The notes below the pieces were generated by a model, which saw nothing but the letters and a program-made list of their open reading frames with translations, ran no database searches and had not been told where the DNA came from. A program made the translations under genes and the position numbers. Source: Camelus dromedarius (taxonomy: Eukaryota). From it: a DNA stretch of 64,000 nt. The stretch covers positions 11,472,001 through 11,536,000 of the forward strand of contig NC_087438.1 in assembly GCF_036321535.1 (NCBI RefSeq), given 5' to 3'. Positions 37,539 to 50,241 of this stretch are shown here, one piece after another; within the stretch, counting starts at the first letter, position 1; each line of letters opens with the position of its first letter.

Positions 37539-38914
37539 CTATTGTATCCTCCCACAAAGGAGTGAAAACTGAAACCTGAAATATTTTCATAATCAGGGTC
37601 CAACCAAAATTGGCCACAGTTTGGTCTGAAGATATGAAATCATGTAGAGATGGAGTGCAGGGATTAGAATGGCTGAAACCACTCCTACTTGCGGGTGCCG
37701 GCTCCATCCCCGGTGAACTTCTGGCGCACGGTCAGCCTGGTCTGCAGCTCACTCCTCTTCACTCTGCTGGGGAATGGGCGGGTGGGGTCGAAGGGCTGAT
37801 TGTGTCCTGTAAGGCCCAATGGTTGTGCTTCTCCAGGTCTGAAGTACCACAGCTGACTGTGCCCTTTATGGCTCCAACTCATCCGGTGTCATCTTCTCTT
37901 CATCTTTGGAAATTGCCTTAAATCCCTGCATGTGTTAAATGGCTTTTCTAAACCTATAGCCTTATCAAGCCATATGACCTTCTCCTGGGGTCTGAAATAC
38001 GGGCATCCCAGGTCAATATTCATGTTAAGGTCTCACTGATACATTCTTCTCGCTTCCCCAGGGAGAGACAGAGGAGCACTTCTTGGTCCAGATGATTTCT
38101 GCGGTAGGACAGGTGCTAAAATCATGGCTGGATAACGTTCCCAGCATCCAATTTGATCTTATGATCAAGTAAAGGGAGGACTGCAGGGGAGGGGTAATGG
38201 GTGGAAATTCAGAACCTGGAAGAGTTGTCTCCCGCAGATAAACTAAAAGACACACAGATATTTCCTTTTCTTTCCCACTTCCTTTAAAAAAAAAAAAAAA
38301 AAAAGGTAGTATTTATTTTTCAGAAGGGGATATAAATATTTGTGCTTAAAAAAATGGTGTTGCTGGTGATGTTCAGCTTCTATTATCATGTTCAGATTAT
38401 GGTGCAGACGGAGCTATTCCGAACATTTTCATGCTGTTATGCCAATGGTCAACCTTGAAAAATGAGGGCCTATATCCATTTTCTTCTGATCTCTGCTAAA
38501 TTCATATGGTGATATTTTTCCTCAAGATGTAAGTTGTAACCATCCATGAAGGATGCAAGCCTTTTGTGAAGAAAATAGAATGTTTTACTGTTGACCGAAG
38601 CGTGGAGGTACCAGGCATACGTACATCTAAAGCATTGATGGATGGTGTGTCCCTTTATCAGTGTCAGCTATGATGGTAACAGGACTGATAAGGGTAGTTC
38701 ATCAGCTACCATTTTTGGCTGGAGAGGCCAGGAAGTATGAATGGTGGCTATGAAAATGCCATCACTGTAATCATCACTCATCCCTTATACCATGAGGAGC
38801 TGCTTCCTGTAACTGCTTCTTCCAAGATTTTATTGGAGCAAAGCAGCAGTGGCCATAGAGTGTTCACTGCCCTGTCCTGAGATGGCTTGGAGTCATGGAG
38901 ACACCAATTGTCTT

Positions 38915-39100
38915 AGCATCAAAAGTACCAGCTCTGTGTTAGCTATATGGCCCTGAGCAGGTTACCTAATCTTTCTTTCCCTAATGGCCTCATTTTTCAC
39001 TTATGGGAATTTGGCCCAGAGCTCTTCCCTGGGTTATAGGGTAAGACATGACAGATAAAAGTGCTTGGTCAACTTTGAAGCCCTGTAAGAGTGTAAATAA
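38915..39100 (+). mobile_element. MIR SINE fragment
   Basis: CCAGCTCTG..TTAGCTATATGGCCCTGAGCAGGTTACCTAATCT...TAAAAGTGCTT. Confidence 0.55.
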
Positions 39101-41199
39101 TAAGTAACTTGATTGCACCTCTAGCGATGCGCTCAGGGTGCAAATGCAAAAGGATCTTGCAGCTTTTCGGGCTTTACCCCACCAAGCTGTCCACAGCTGT
39201 CTTCAGGAAGGCCTTGATTATTTCTCTTTCATTTGCATAGATTCCTGGCTTTTTAATCATGTAATACCACTGCAGCCATCTTCAGATGCCAGGCCTGAAC
39301 TCAAGCACATCAATTATAATTCAAAAGTGGTCAGTTTTGATTCAAGAATTGATTTATTTACCTTCTTACTGCAAGTGCATTCTTGATGAAAACCCTAATT
39401 TATAAGATACAAACTTACCTCAGTGTAGCCTACTCCCGGAAAAGGTCCTAAACATACAATGCTTTTGGCTTTCAAGAGGGTCTTCTACAGAGGGAAAGGA
39501 TTAGACAGAAACCTTCGTGTGAATTGTTTCCATTTTCTTTCCAATTCTAATGCAATCTAAGTTCTGCATCTCAATATCAAGATGGTACTCTTTAAAAAAA
39601 TCTTTAAGTTATAATTTTAACATGTTTCTGACTCACGAATGGGCTTTGTTGCCTACATGTACATCTTGGTAAATGGCATTTCTTCTTCCACCGTGTGAGC
39701 CATTAGCTCGGCTTAGTGCGGTTTTGAAAGCTTGAAAGTGAACTTAGTCTGTTGGGATTTAGTTTATGACACTACCAAGTTGTTTTGAATCTGGTAACAT
39801 ATCGCTTTTCTACTCAAAGAAGCTGGCTCTTAAATAGGCACAGTAATATTACCGGGAGCCTTGAGGTAGAGAAGGAATACTGGGCACCAAGAACCTTGGT
39901 ATTTTCAGCCCTGAAAAACTGTACCTCAAGTCCTTTTCTGTTCCGTTGTTTGGCTGTTTTGGCCTCTGTAAAAATGGAAGAGAGCCGTGGCACGATGGTG
40001 TCCGGGAGCCCAGGAGAAAAAGCAGTGGCAGTGATTGAGAGGTCTAGGCGACCCTGACAGAGGTCCTAACCACTGCCAACGGCTCTGGCCATGCTCATCT
40101 ATGAAGACAGAGGTGACCCCCCACCACACCGAGGGGCTGTGCTCATCCAGCAGCACCGGGTGCTTGAGCTGTTGTGAATGTGGCAGCAGGTGGATGGAGG
40201 AGACACAGCCAGATGTGGAAGAGGGGACCAAAACCAGCTAGGGCTTGCAGAGGAGACGGTGAACAGGCAGTCTGCCCAGTGGATGTCGGATAGAAAGGGG
40301 GGCCTGGGCTCTTGGGTTCTGTTCACCTGTCCTTGAAAGGCCTAGAAGAGCATCTGTGACTTGGGCTGTCCAAGTTAGGCACCGAAAAGGAACTATCCCA
40401 GTAGTGGGTATAAGCCAATAGGAGGAAGCCAAGCAAAGAGAAAATTGGCATTATATCAGAACTCCAACTTTCCCCACTCTGAAACTTTCTTGATTAATTG
40501 TTCTCAAACCATTAGTACACAAAGTAATGTAATAAAATTTTCTTACCAATGATGCTGCAAACAATGTTATGCTGCACCATGGTGACAATCCAGGAGAAAT
40601 TTTAAGATTTGCACATTCCATCTGCTCTCATTCTAGCTAAATGGAAGTTAACTATCTTACACAAGTTTCAATCACTGTCAGAGCAGAAAGAAAGTAAACT
40701 CTAAAGAGTATAAACAGACACCTCTGAACACTCCCAAGTAGGTTTAACCTGCACATTTCCAATAATCCCCAGGAGATCCAATCAACCAGGAGCTTTAGTC
40801 TCGTTCCATGGGGATGCAGAATTTTCTAGCATCAGTAGCACTGGACTTGGAAGTTGAAATTTAGGAAAAAGTATCCATTAGGAGTCAAATATGAGAATTA
40901 TTCCATTAGGTTGAGCTGTAACATTGAGAAAGGGACTACCTACTCAATTCTACGCTGTTATCTGAGTGTGATTCTGGGGACAAAGATACTTTCCCATCAG
41001 ACGGCACCAGCTCCTTGCCCTATTAAGTTGTATCCTACTTTTCCTGAGATGCTTCCTTAACTTTGTACTTCCAGGAGCAGGTCCAGACGCAGACCTTCCC
41101 CCTGGAGGGTCCCTGGGTTTCTTGTGGAAAGTCTCCAGCCCCTTCCCAGATCCCTGCAAATCCAGGGAGAGGTGACCAGTTCCCAGCTCCACATTTCCT

Positions 41200-41345
41200 G
41201 AATAGGATCGGGACTCCGCTGCTGATAAAACTGGGTGACACGGGCAAGGTCCTTACCTCAGTTTCCTCGTCCTGAGAGTAAGAATAACAGAACCTACCAC
41301 ATGGATTGTTATGAGGATTAATTAAATTAATACATGTAAATCAGA
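41200..41345 (+). mobile_element. MIR SINE fragment
   Basis: GTGACACGGGCAAG...CCTCAGTTTCCTC...ATAACAGAACCTACC..ATGGATTGTTATGAGGATTAA. Confidence 0.7.
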
Positions 41346-41494
41346 AGATCACTTAAGTGACTCCTCACAGAAAAAGGAGCTCAGGCCCAAAGTTACTTAT
41401 CACTACCTCAGTAACACCTTGTGGAGATATTAAATTTATCTCCAGCCCCACTTCACCCGTCCCCCTTTAAGGACCGGGTTGAGGACTTTAGATC

Positions 41495-41640
41495 ACAATC
41501 ACCTGGAAGGCTTGTTAAAACAGATTGATGGGCCCCATCCCTGGACCTTCTGATTTTGATGGGGCCTGAGAATTTGCATCCTTAACGAGTTTTAAGAGAT
41601 GTTGATATTGCCGTTTGGGGGCCACACACTGAACACTGTT
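41495..41640. mobile_element. MER5A (hAT-Charlie) fragment
   Basis: AATCACCTGGAAGGCTTGTTAAAACAGATTGATGGGCCCCATCCC...GGGGCCTGAGAATTTGCAT. Confidence 0.7.
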
Positions 41641-43214
41641 GTTATAGACCATTAACTTTGTGAAATACTCTCTCTGTTAAGCAAATGCCTTTCTTCTAAT
41701 CAGAACAAGATCAGGTTAAGTTACATTGATCTATTTATGATTCATTTCAAATCACTTATCAGAATTTATAAGCAAAAGTGTATTTTCTGAGACCGTTTTA
41801 TAAGTAAGTTTCTTTAAACGGGAAATTCAAGAAAGAAAATGAGGACACTGATATGCATCTTATATCTATAGGCATCACCCAATCTTGTTCAGCTCTGAGT
41901 ATTAGTTATGGCTTGTTTTATGTCCATTGTTTTTATTTACAAAACCAAAGGGGAAACCTGGGGTTCACTCTGTGCTGGGACTTACGAGGCCGCAGAGCAG
42001 TTGGTACAAGCAAGAGCCTGGAGACCTTTGCTTCACTTTTTGCAAAGCACAAGGTCTTCTGGGATCCCAGGGAGAAAGAAAACCTCATCTTCTTGATGGA
42101 AAATGAAAACCTCCGTAGCATTTATGAGCCTTGGAGAGGAAGTGGCTGTTCATTTCATGACACAGAGAAGTACATGGGGCAAAGACCCAAAACTCTGAGC
42201 CTGCCTTCCATCATGTGACACACGGAGAAGGGACACAGACATGCCAGAGATAGTCGATATTGGATACAGATGTCCCCCCCCACCCCCGCCAAAAGCGGCT
42301 TTATTCTATCGAACTGCCAGGCAGCACCAGCTGTTTATAAAATCATGAGAAGAGAGAGGTGAGGAGGGTTACGTGTTCAGACACAGAGTTTCAGTGATTT
42401 TACAAACCTCATTATTTCTGAAGAAAAGCAAGATGAAAACTGCCTGCTTATAAAACCGGACCCGCCAATTAGGCCAACCATTCCCCACTCCCTTGAACAC
42501 CATTCCTGCAAAATACATGCACTAAATAGAGAAATGAAGCAATTATCAGAGGATCCAACAAAAAGCCCTCTTTGATCCAATCAAGGGCCTGTCTTAGTCG
42601 GCAGGCTTACGTAAATGGAATTGAATCTCATCCTCTTATCACACAGGATGGATTCAGCCCTCATGTTTCAAAATGACATCTGGCTAACAGTTCTTGAAGA
42701 AACCTCTCCTGGCTTCCTCTAACATTTTGCTTCACTTTCTGGTTTTTCTGGCTGAAGATCCATCCATCATCCGTCCATCCACCTATCAATAAAGTAATAA
42801 TGGCACATATAGTTCTCAAATGAAGAACTGATGGGCAACTCTTTCCAGAATTTGAGGGGATTTCCAATGACTATAAAATTGGTGGAAATATGTATACTTT
42901 CTTTGCTTCTGGCTCAGAAAGGTAAGGATGGTACCAATCAGAGGATCGGATAAAAGTGTCTCATCTGCCTGGAAAAGCCAATTGGGGCACTACATGTGAT
43001 TTTCAAAGTATGGTAGTACTTTTATGCTTAAATTCATTGGAGAATGAAATGCCCAGGGAACTTCAAGCAAGAAGAATGAGGCTTGGAGGAGAATATTCGG
43101 GGAGGGGAGGGGACCCAGGTGAAGTGCCCTGGATGTAGCCATAGAAACGGCCCCGGCAGCAGGGTCTGCTGAGGAGGTGAGGCTCCTCCTATGATCTGTC
43201 TCTTTAAAATATCA

Positions 43215-43480
43215 GAGATAATTTAGGAGTTTGGGATTAACATATACACATTACTGTTTATAAAACAGATGAAAAAAACAAGGTCCTACTGTAGAGCACA
43301 GGGAACTATATTCAATATTTTGTAATAGCCTATAATGGGAAAGAATATGAAAAAGAATATATATCTATATCTTTATAACTGAATCACTGTGCTGTACACC
43401 TGAAACTAATACTATATTGTAAATCAACTATACTTCAATAAAAAAATTTAAAAATAAGTAAAGAGAAAATTAAAGAAAAA
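43215..43480 (+). mobile_element. 5'-truncated L1 3' end with A-rich tail
   Basis: AACAAGGTCCTACTGTAGAGCACAGGGAACTATATTCAATAT...GTAAATCAACTATACTTCAATAAAAAAA. Confidence 0.85.
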
Positions 43481-44010
43481 AACAACAGAGAGTCAGGGAG
43501 AAAGATTGGGAAGATTAGTATAAACAGACAGTACATTTGTCCACCAGCCACAGTCATACCTTTAAAGCTTCACAGTGGCAGCTCTGGTGTCCAGAAATCT
43601 TCCAACTACCCCTCTGTTCACCTGAATGACTACACACCTTTCCTGTCAGCCTGGAGCTGCTTTTCCCACAGACACCTCCTAAAGCCCAAGACAACGGAAG
43701 GTGAGCTACGGCATCTTTCTTAGCTCACCATCATGTCAATCGTAGTTATTGCAGTTTTCAGGTTTCCCAGGTGTCTGAGAGCTCCATGAAGGCAGGAGCC
43801 AAGCTCCCCTTTCCAGTACCTGCTGTAATCGCTGGTCCAGAGCAGCACAAAAGAAGCTGCTGTGAGAAATAATGACGGAACGAGAGTTTAGGTACGAACT
43901 GCCGGCACCCTCCAGACTAATCTCAAGATGTAGCTACATCAGGGCCTTCACAGCAGTCAGAGTTGCCACAAAAGTCAGGTATCTGCATTCAAATTAGGAT
44001 AATTTGAGAA

Positions 44011-44077
44011 TACATATCAGTCAGGGTTCTCCAGAGTAAAAGAACAAATTGGAGAGATAGGTAGATAGGTAGATAGG

Positions 44078-44141
<64 letters not shown>

Positions 44142-44480
44142 CTATTGAAAGAGAGAGACTTTTTTTTAAGAAACTGGCTGAACAAGATTGTGGGGACCCT
44201 TGCAAGTCTGAAATCTGTAGGGAAGCCCAGTAGACTTCTATCTATGTTATAGTCCTGAAACAGAATTTCTTTTTCTCTGGGAATTCTCAATTTTTGTTCT
44301 TAAGTCCTTCAGCTGATTAGACAAGGCCCACTCATATGTGGAGGAGAATCTGAATATAAAAGTCAACTGATCGTAAGTGTTAATCACATCTACAAAATGC
44401 CTTCACAACAACATTTAAACTAGTCTGAGCAATCAGCTAGGCACCACAACCTCACCAAGTTGACACATGAAATCAATGTG
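44011..44480 (-). mobile_element. MLT2 (ERVL) solo LTR containing a (GATA)n microsatellite
   Basis: ATCAGTCAGGGTTCTCCAGAG...GAAACTGGCT...AAGTCAACTGAT...GTTAATCACATCTACAAAAT...CCAAGTTGACACATGAAAT. Confidence 0.75.
44056..44135. repeat. (GATA)n/(GGTA) compound tetranucleotide microsatellite
   Basis: Direct reading: three GATAGGTA units followed by a pure (GATA)n run. Confidence 0.95.
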
Positions 44481-44489
44481 CAATTGATA

Positions 44490-44890
44490 CAGTTCAGAAA
44501 GAACTATTTATGAAAGTAAGAGAAATCATTATTGATCATAGAGTACCTTAGGGTTAAAAACAAGAGGGCTGTCATTACCCACAGGCTCAAAAAGGCAAGG
44601 GAGGGGGATGGGGAGCATTTACCAGAATCTGGAGAGAGAGAGAGAGCTGTGTGACGTGGATGCCTTAGGAGGATCTGTGACCTTAAGTCAAGGGACCAAC
44701 AACCTCAGGAAGGAGCCAGAGGAATAAACACCATAACCTCACTCTCCTCCCTCCCTCCCTCCATTCTCCTGCCGGAGAATCCTATTGGCTGAACCCATCT
44801 GAAAACCACAGGCCAAGGGCGCCCTGTGGACCTCACAACAGCCCATGGGGCAACAAGAATATCAGCACGACCTTGACCAGCCACCACAGT
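44490..44890 (-). mobile_element. Old ERVL LTR (LTR33/LTR41-like)
   Basis: GAATAAACACC...CCTCACTCTCCTCCC...TCTCCTGCCGG...CCTATTGGCTGAACCCA...GGCCAAGGG resembles the recalled consensus. Confidence 0.5.
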
Positions 44891-45790
44891 GACTGGAGCC
44901 ATAATGTAATCTCTAACCATTGTGTAAATCAACAATGGGTCTGATCATATCTCAGATCGCCGGAGGATGTGTGAACATTCAATACAACAAACTTTGATAA
45001 AGGGAACATCATGCCCAAAACTTAAAGGGAACAAAAAAAATGCTTTTGAAAAGTATTTACTATAGGAGCTGTAAGAAAAGTTTGGAAATCTGGCATCAAT
45101 TAATGGCAGTAAGAAAACCTGAGTTTTATGATAAAGAAGAAAAGGACAAAGGGGAGAGAAGGCCAGGAGAAAGGGCGGAACATTGACATGAACAGCAGAT
45201 AAATGGGACAGGGAATTCCTATGAGGGAGGCAACAATATCATCACAGAGTTAAATTTTCTACTGGAGGTAGTGAAATAAAGAACTGATGATATAAAAAGT
45301 CAAAGAAGTGACATGGAAGAGACCCTGGAAAAACTCTACTAAAGCTATAATTAAAGGCATATTTGAGAAAAGAGCTTTCATGTTCGTAGACTTTGTTGAG
45401 TTTGAGTTTTAAAATGTGAGGATACCAATTTAAAAGGCATACTGTGTTCCAGGAAAAATCAATAATAAAAGACACCTACATCCTGACAGAAGTTTTGAAT
45501 TTCCAAAGTAAAGAAAAAAATTTAATTAAGCCTCTGGAATAGGTTGACTAGAAGCTGTCTGTGGTAATTAATCTTCTCCTCTGCAACTTTAAGTACCAGG
45601 AGACAATTGAGTCACATGTACAGAGGGAAATGTGTAGCCTGTGCATTTTAGCCTGTCAGGTTGCTTAAGAGAATGACTTAAACGTTCAGTTGCTCAGAAA
45701 ATTACCTTGGCATTTTGAACGGTTTCAGTTGGATGAGAGATGAATCAACATATAGTTCTAACATATATAACTCACACAGTGCAATTTATG

Positions 45791-45849
45791 ATAACATAAC
45801 ATAACATAACATAACATAACATAACATAACATAACATAACATAACATAA
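45791..45849. repeat. (ATAAC)n pentanucleotide microsatellite, ~12 perfect units
   Basis: Direct reading. Confidence 0.95.
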
Positions 45850-46352
45850 TGTGAATGAAAAATATTGCCAGCTGTATCAGTAAGCAAAGGATGCTGTGGC
45901 CATCAAATCATCAGATGCCTCCGCCACCCCGGCAGTGAGCGGAGGGAACGCAGGATGCCTACGAACAGACAGCCCAGCCTCTGCAGCCACCCCCAACGAT
46001 GCCTGCTGGGGGAACTCAAAATGTGGAAAGAACAGGACACTGGCCCAAGACAGCCAGGTGCACATCAAAGGAATGATTTCAATGAGCCCAGACCTGTGCG
46101 CCTTCCCATCCAAAGGAAAGTGCTAAATCCTTTAACTTGAGGTTCCTGGTTTTCTTTAAATAGCAGTAATTTTTTGATGTTTCGACTACCCGGTCTTTGT
46201 TGTAAAAACGCACATATCCTGGCTTCTATCTTGCCACTTTGGAAGAGCCTCTTAGATCTGAGAGGCTGTGTCCTGGGCTTGAGTTCTCAGGAAATCTGTC
46301 GAATAAAACATAACTCTCAACTTTTAGGTTGTGCATTTTATTTCAGTCAACA
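45850..46352 (+). mobile_element. ERV1-class solo LTR (MER41-like), copy 3
   Basis: TGTGAATG...CAGTCAACA termini, internal AATAAA at 46302-46307, near-TSD ATAA/ATAC; reverse-complement homologue of 77-595. Confidence 0.8.
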
Positions 46353-47529
46353 ATACCATAACAGAACAGAACAGAAAACATAACATAACCATAATGTTTT
46401 CTGCAAAGTAATCCAAACCATGTCGGTCTGACCCATCTTTTTACCTCAATCTTCACAGGCAACTAAGAGTGGCATAAAAGATTTGTCAAGGTTTCCCTCA
46501 GCATTGATCCCAGATCTAGAACTGAGAAAGTTTATATGTTATCAGACCATTCTGCACCTTGGGGGTGAAACTTGACCCTGGAATGCTTCCCTCCAGTTTA
46601 ACTCATTTAGTAACAATGTGTTTCTATAATCACCCACAGCCATGATTGATGACACTTAAAATAAAAAGCTTTTATTTTGTGTCTACCTTTGCCAACCATG
46701 GCTAAACTCCTAAGTACTTGGAACACCAAATTAGAAGGAGTACTAAAAGTTTTATTTGTTTTCTTTACAAAAAAAAAAAATAAAGTTTTTTTATTCATAA
46801 AACTAAAGATGCATAGACAATAGGATTCCTGATTGCATTGCAAGTTACTTGAAGAATGATCTTTGACCTCTTCAAAATTCATGTTGAAGACAGCAGTGAT
46901 TGGAGATTTTTAATTCGGAGAACCTAATAAATCCACTCAGAGATTGATATTACCTGTTACTGAATAATTCTTTACAAATTTCTCCTATAAGTCCTATAGA
47001 TGTCTCCTTGTTGGTGTCTAAAATCGTGTGTACAGTATGATTTCAACTATGTTTCTATAAAAGCATAGGAAAAGGCTATAAGAAAATATACTCAATGTCA
47101 ACTAACAGCTGTATACTTTCAGTATTTCAAGTAAGCTTTCTGCAAGCATTTCTAATTTTTCTATAACGAACAAGTATAATTTTTGAGTCTGAAAAAATAA
47201 ACTAAAAAAATTCAGCACATACAATATGTTATATAGTTTAACACAACCACATAAAAATTCACAGCAAAAGAGGGAAAGAAGATAAATCAAAATGTTAACA
47301 GTATTTATCTCTAAGATGTAGAAATATAGGACATTTATTTCTTCATTTTTGTAATATTTTAGACATTTTGGAAATAATCATGTTTTAGATCCATAGGGAT
47401 TAAATTAAAGAAACAGAGAAATACTTTAACAATGATTTATCTTTCTTGGGGGAATAACTGTAGGAAAGAGTTTCGCTGAAGAGTTTTATAGCCAAGTAAT
47501 AATACAAATCATTCTCATAATAACAAAAA

Positions 47530-47750
47530 GAAGTAATATTTATATGAAGGTTATTATGTCCCAAGCAGTATCTAAGCATTTACATTCTTTGTCTTATTTT
47601 ATCTCTAAAACAATCTTATGAGATGTATTATGTTATTATGATAACCATTTTACAGATGAGAACACCAAGAATAAAAGGGTGTAACAGGGGATAAGTAACT
47701 TGTCCAACAACTAGCAAAGAGTGAGGTCTATGTTTAGACCAAAATCTCCG
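47530..47750 (-). mobile_element. MIR SINE
   Basis: CCATTTTACAGATGAGAA...AAGTAACTTGTCCAA core. Confidence 0.65.
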
Positions 47751-48123
47751 GCCTAAAATAAAATAAAGTTGGAAATGGAATACAGGAAAAAGGCTCCCTC
47801 CCACCCAGATCAGGATCTATTTACTTGCACAAGATTAGCTTCTGGAAGAAAGGACCTCTTCAGCGTAGACACACCCCCAGCTATTACAGCTAATCTTTAC
47901 ACTTTCATATGGCTTTAGGACTCCCCATGTAAATGACTACAGATTTGGCAGCCCTAGTGGATCCCTTCTCTATCAATGTTTGTGTAGTGTTCACCTGGAA
48001 GAGAAGGGAGGGGAGGGAGGGGATCGATGGGGAGGAAAGGGAAGAGAAGAAAGGAAGACGGGAAAGGGGGGTGGGGAGGGGCATTCTGGCTAGCACAGCA
48101 GGCAGCAGCCTTGACCTCCAGAT

Positions 48124-48584
48124 CATGAATTAAAAATGTTGCCTGCCACGTCGGTAAACAGAGGATGCTGTTGCAGCCATCAAGCCACTACGGCCGCCCC
48201 CACCCCACCTCCCCCACCACCCGCCACAGTGTACCCTGAGGGGACTCAGGATGGGAGAACACCAGATACTGGCCCTAGATAGCTAGGTGCATATCAAAGA
48301 AATGATTTCAATGAGCCCAGACTCTTGCATCTTCCCATACAGAGAGAAGCACTAAATTCATTACCGTACTTATTTTCTATAATTAACAATAATCTTTTGA
48401 TGTTCCAAGTACCTGGTCTTTGTTGCAAAAATCCTTACATATCCTGGCTCCTCCCTTACCTCTTCTGAGCGTGTTCCCTCAGAGCTATTCTGAGAGGCTG
48501 CTTCCCAGATTTGAAGTCCTCAGGATGTCCTCTAAATAAAACGTAATTCTCAACTTTCACACTGTGCGTTATTTTCAGTCAACT
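48124..48584 (+). mobile_element. ERV1-class solo LTR (MER41-like), copy 4, degraded termini
   Basis: Homologous to copy 3 (ATGATTTCAATGAGCCCAGAC shared exactly); AATAAA at 48535-48540; end TTTCAGTCAAC. Confidence 0.8.
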
Positions 48585-50184
48585 TGGTGGAGGTCAATCA
48601 TCCTATGATGAATTAGCTCCGCTCTGTCGGCCCCTTCTTCTCAGCCCTTCTCATCCTTGAGTCCTGGTTTGTCTAGCACAGTCCCAGGTTATGCCTGTTT
48701 TTCTGGTATATTTATTAATAGCTCCCCTTTCACTCTCAAACAGATCTGCTTTGGACAATTGTGTGATAAGCCTGTTTCAGTTTGATTGTATCCTCACTGC
48801 TAAGAATGCCTGGCACATCTGGAGAGCTTTCCACATATGTGTTGAATGAATGAGTGAGTGGATAAATACCCCACTACCACCTGATAACCCAAGTTCTCGT
48901 TTCTCATATTTTCCCAGTGCTAGGCAAGAGCTTCCCCTTGGGAGGTTCTGTGGGACGAGTACTCATGATGGTGAACGGAAGTGAGCCGTCTAGTCCCCTT
49001 GTCACTTCTTGTGTCAGTCAGGGCTCATCCAGGGAGCTAGAAACACTCTAAGTTATGAAACTGTAGGAACTTGATCTTAGACAATCATGGGAGAAGCTGG
49101 GAAGTGAAGCCAAGTGTGTTTAGCCCCCAGTGTGGGTCTGCAAAGGGGAAGCTCGCAGCAAGGCTTCGGGAGTCAGGACAAGCTCCAGAGCATAGTGGCT
49201 GACTCTCCCCGCTGCCCTCCAAAGCTGCCATCAATTACCTTTGGCCAAGTGCGTCTCAAGACCATGCAGGGAGTGGAAATCTGGGAAAGTGGGGTTTTTT
49301 GCCTTACCAAGCTGGCTTAGCACAAACAGCTTGCTTTTCCTCTGTCCATGAATGTCCACCTTTCTTTTCATCCGCAGCATTCCCAGTCTCGGCCAGTATC
49401 CTACAGACTTTTCAAGTGATCCTGCATTCTGGTCCTGGGAGGAATGCCTCCGGTGGCTTACCCCAATTCTGACCTTTTCTCTAAAAATCTGAAGGAATAT
49501 TTCTTTGTGTCCTCTGCGTACTCATTACTGTTATTGCCTTACCTTCCAAGGCTTAATTGAGAAAAGCACTGAATCTTAGGAGAGCAAAACTTTTCCCTGA
49601 AAAAAACAAAACCATTCCGCTTATGGTGGGGCTGATATTAATCCTAGACTGTGGCTTCTATTTGTTTCTGTGAGCTTCCCAGGGGGACACAGTCACCTGG
49701 ATAATGTTGCCTTTCTCAACAGGAAGGAAAAAGAATTCCTGATTATTAAAATCAGCTTCTAAGTGAACTCAAGGCACCTAGCCACTTTCTTCGTAGGGAT
49801 GGTCACAGTTCTGGTTGAAGCTGCCATGCCTCAGAGAACCAGATCATGAAGAACGGCCACAGTCCTCCCCTCACTGGCCTGCCAGATATCAAGCTGGGAC
49901 TGGCGGGAGAGACGCAGTGCTAGTGGGCAGGCTCGGGAGTGGGAGCCGGCTAGGACAACTCTCATGGGCAGGTTTATTATTAGGAATGTGTGGCCATGAA
50001 TTCATCCTCGGAGTCACAGAGGAAAGAAAACTGCAAAGATCAATTAAGAAAGAGTGAGACGCCAAAAATGTGGGTATAATTTGGGATTCAGATGAGGGGT
50101 GGGAGCTATAACCTAGTCTTGACTTATTTTGTGCTAACACTGTCCTTCATCCCTAAGACCCCTCATTGTGATCGTGGCCCCTCT

Positions 50185-50207
50185 CTGTCTGTCTGTCTCT
50201 CTCTCTC

Positions 50208-50240
<33 letters not shown>
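50185..50240. repeat. (TC)n/(CA)n compound microsatellite
   Basis: Direct reading. Confidence 0.9.

Positions 50241-50241
<1 letters not shown>

Noticed and set aside
45850..48584. Possible provirus bounded by two same-orientation LTRs
   Set aside because: No primer-binding site follows the first LTR, the 1.8-kb interval holds old L1/MIR-like sequence rather than gag/pol, the LTRs are quite diverged, and the first has its own near-TSD. These are two independent solo LTRs.
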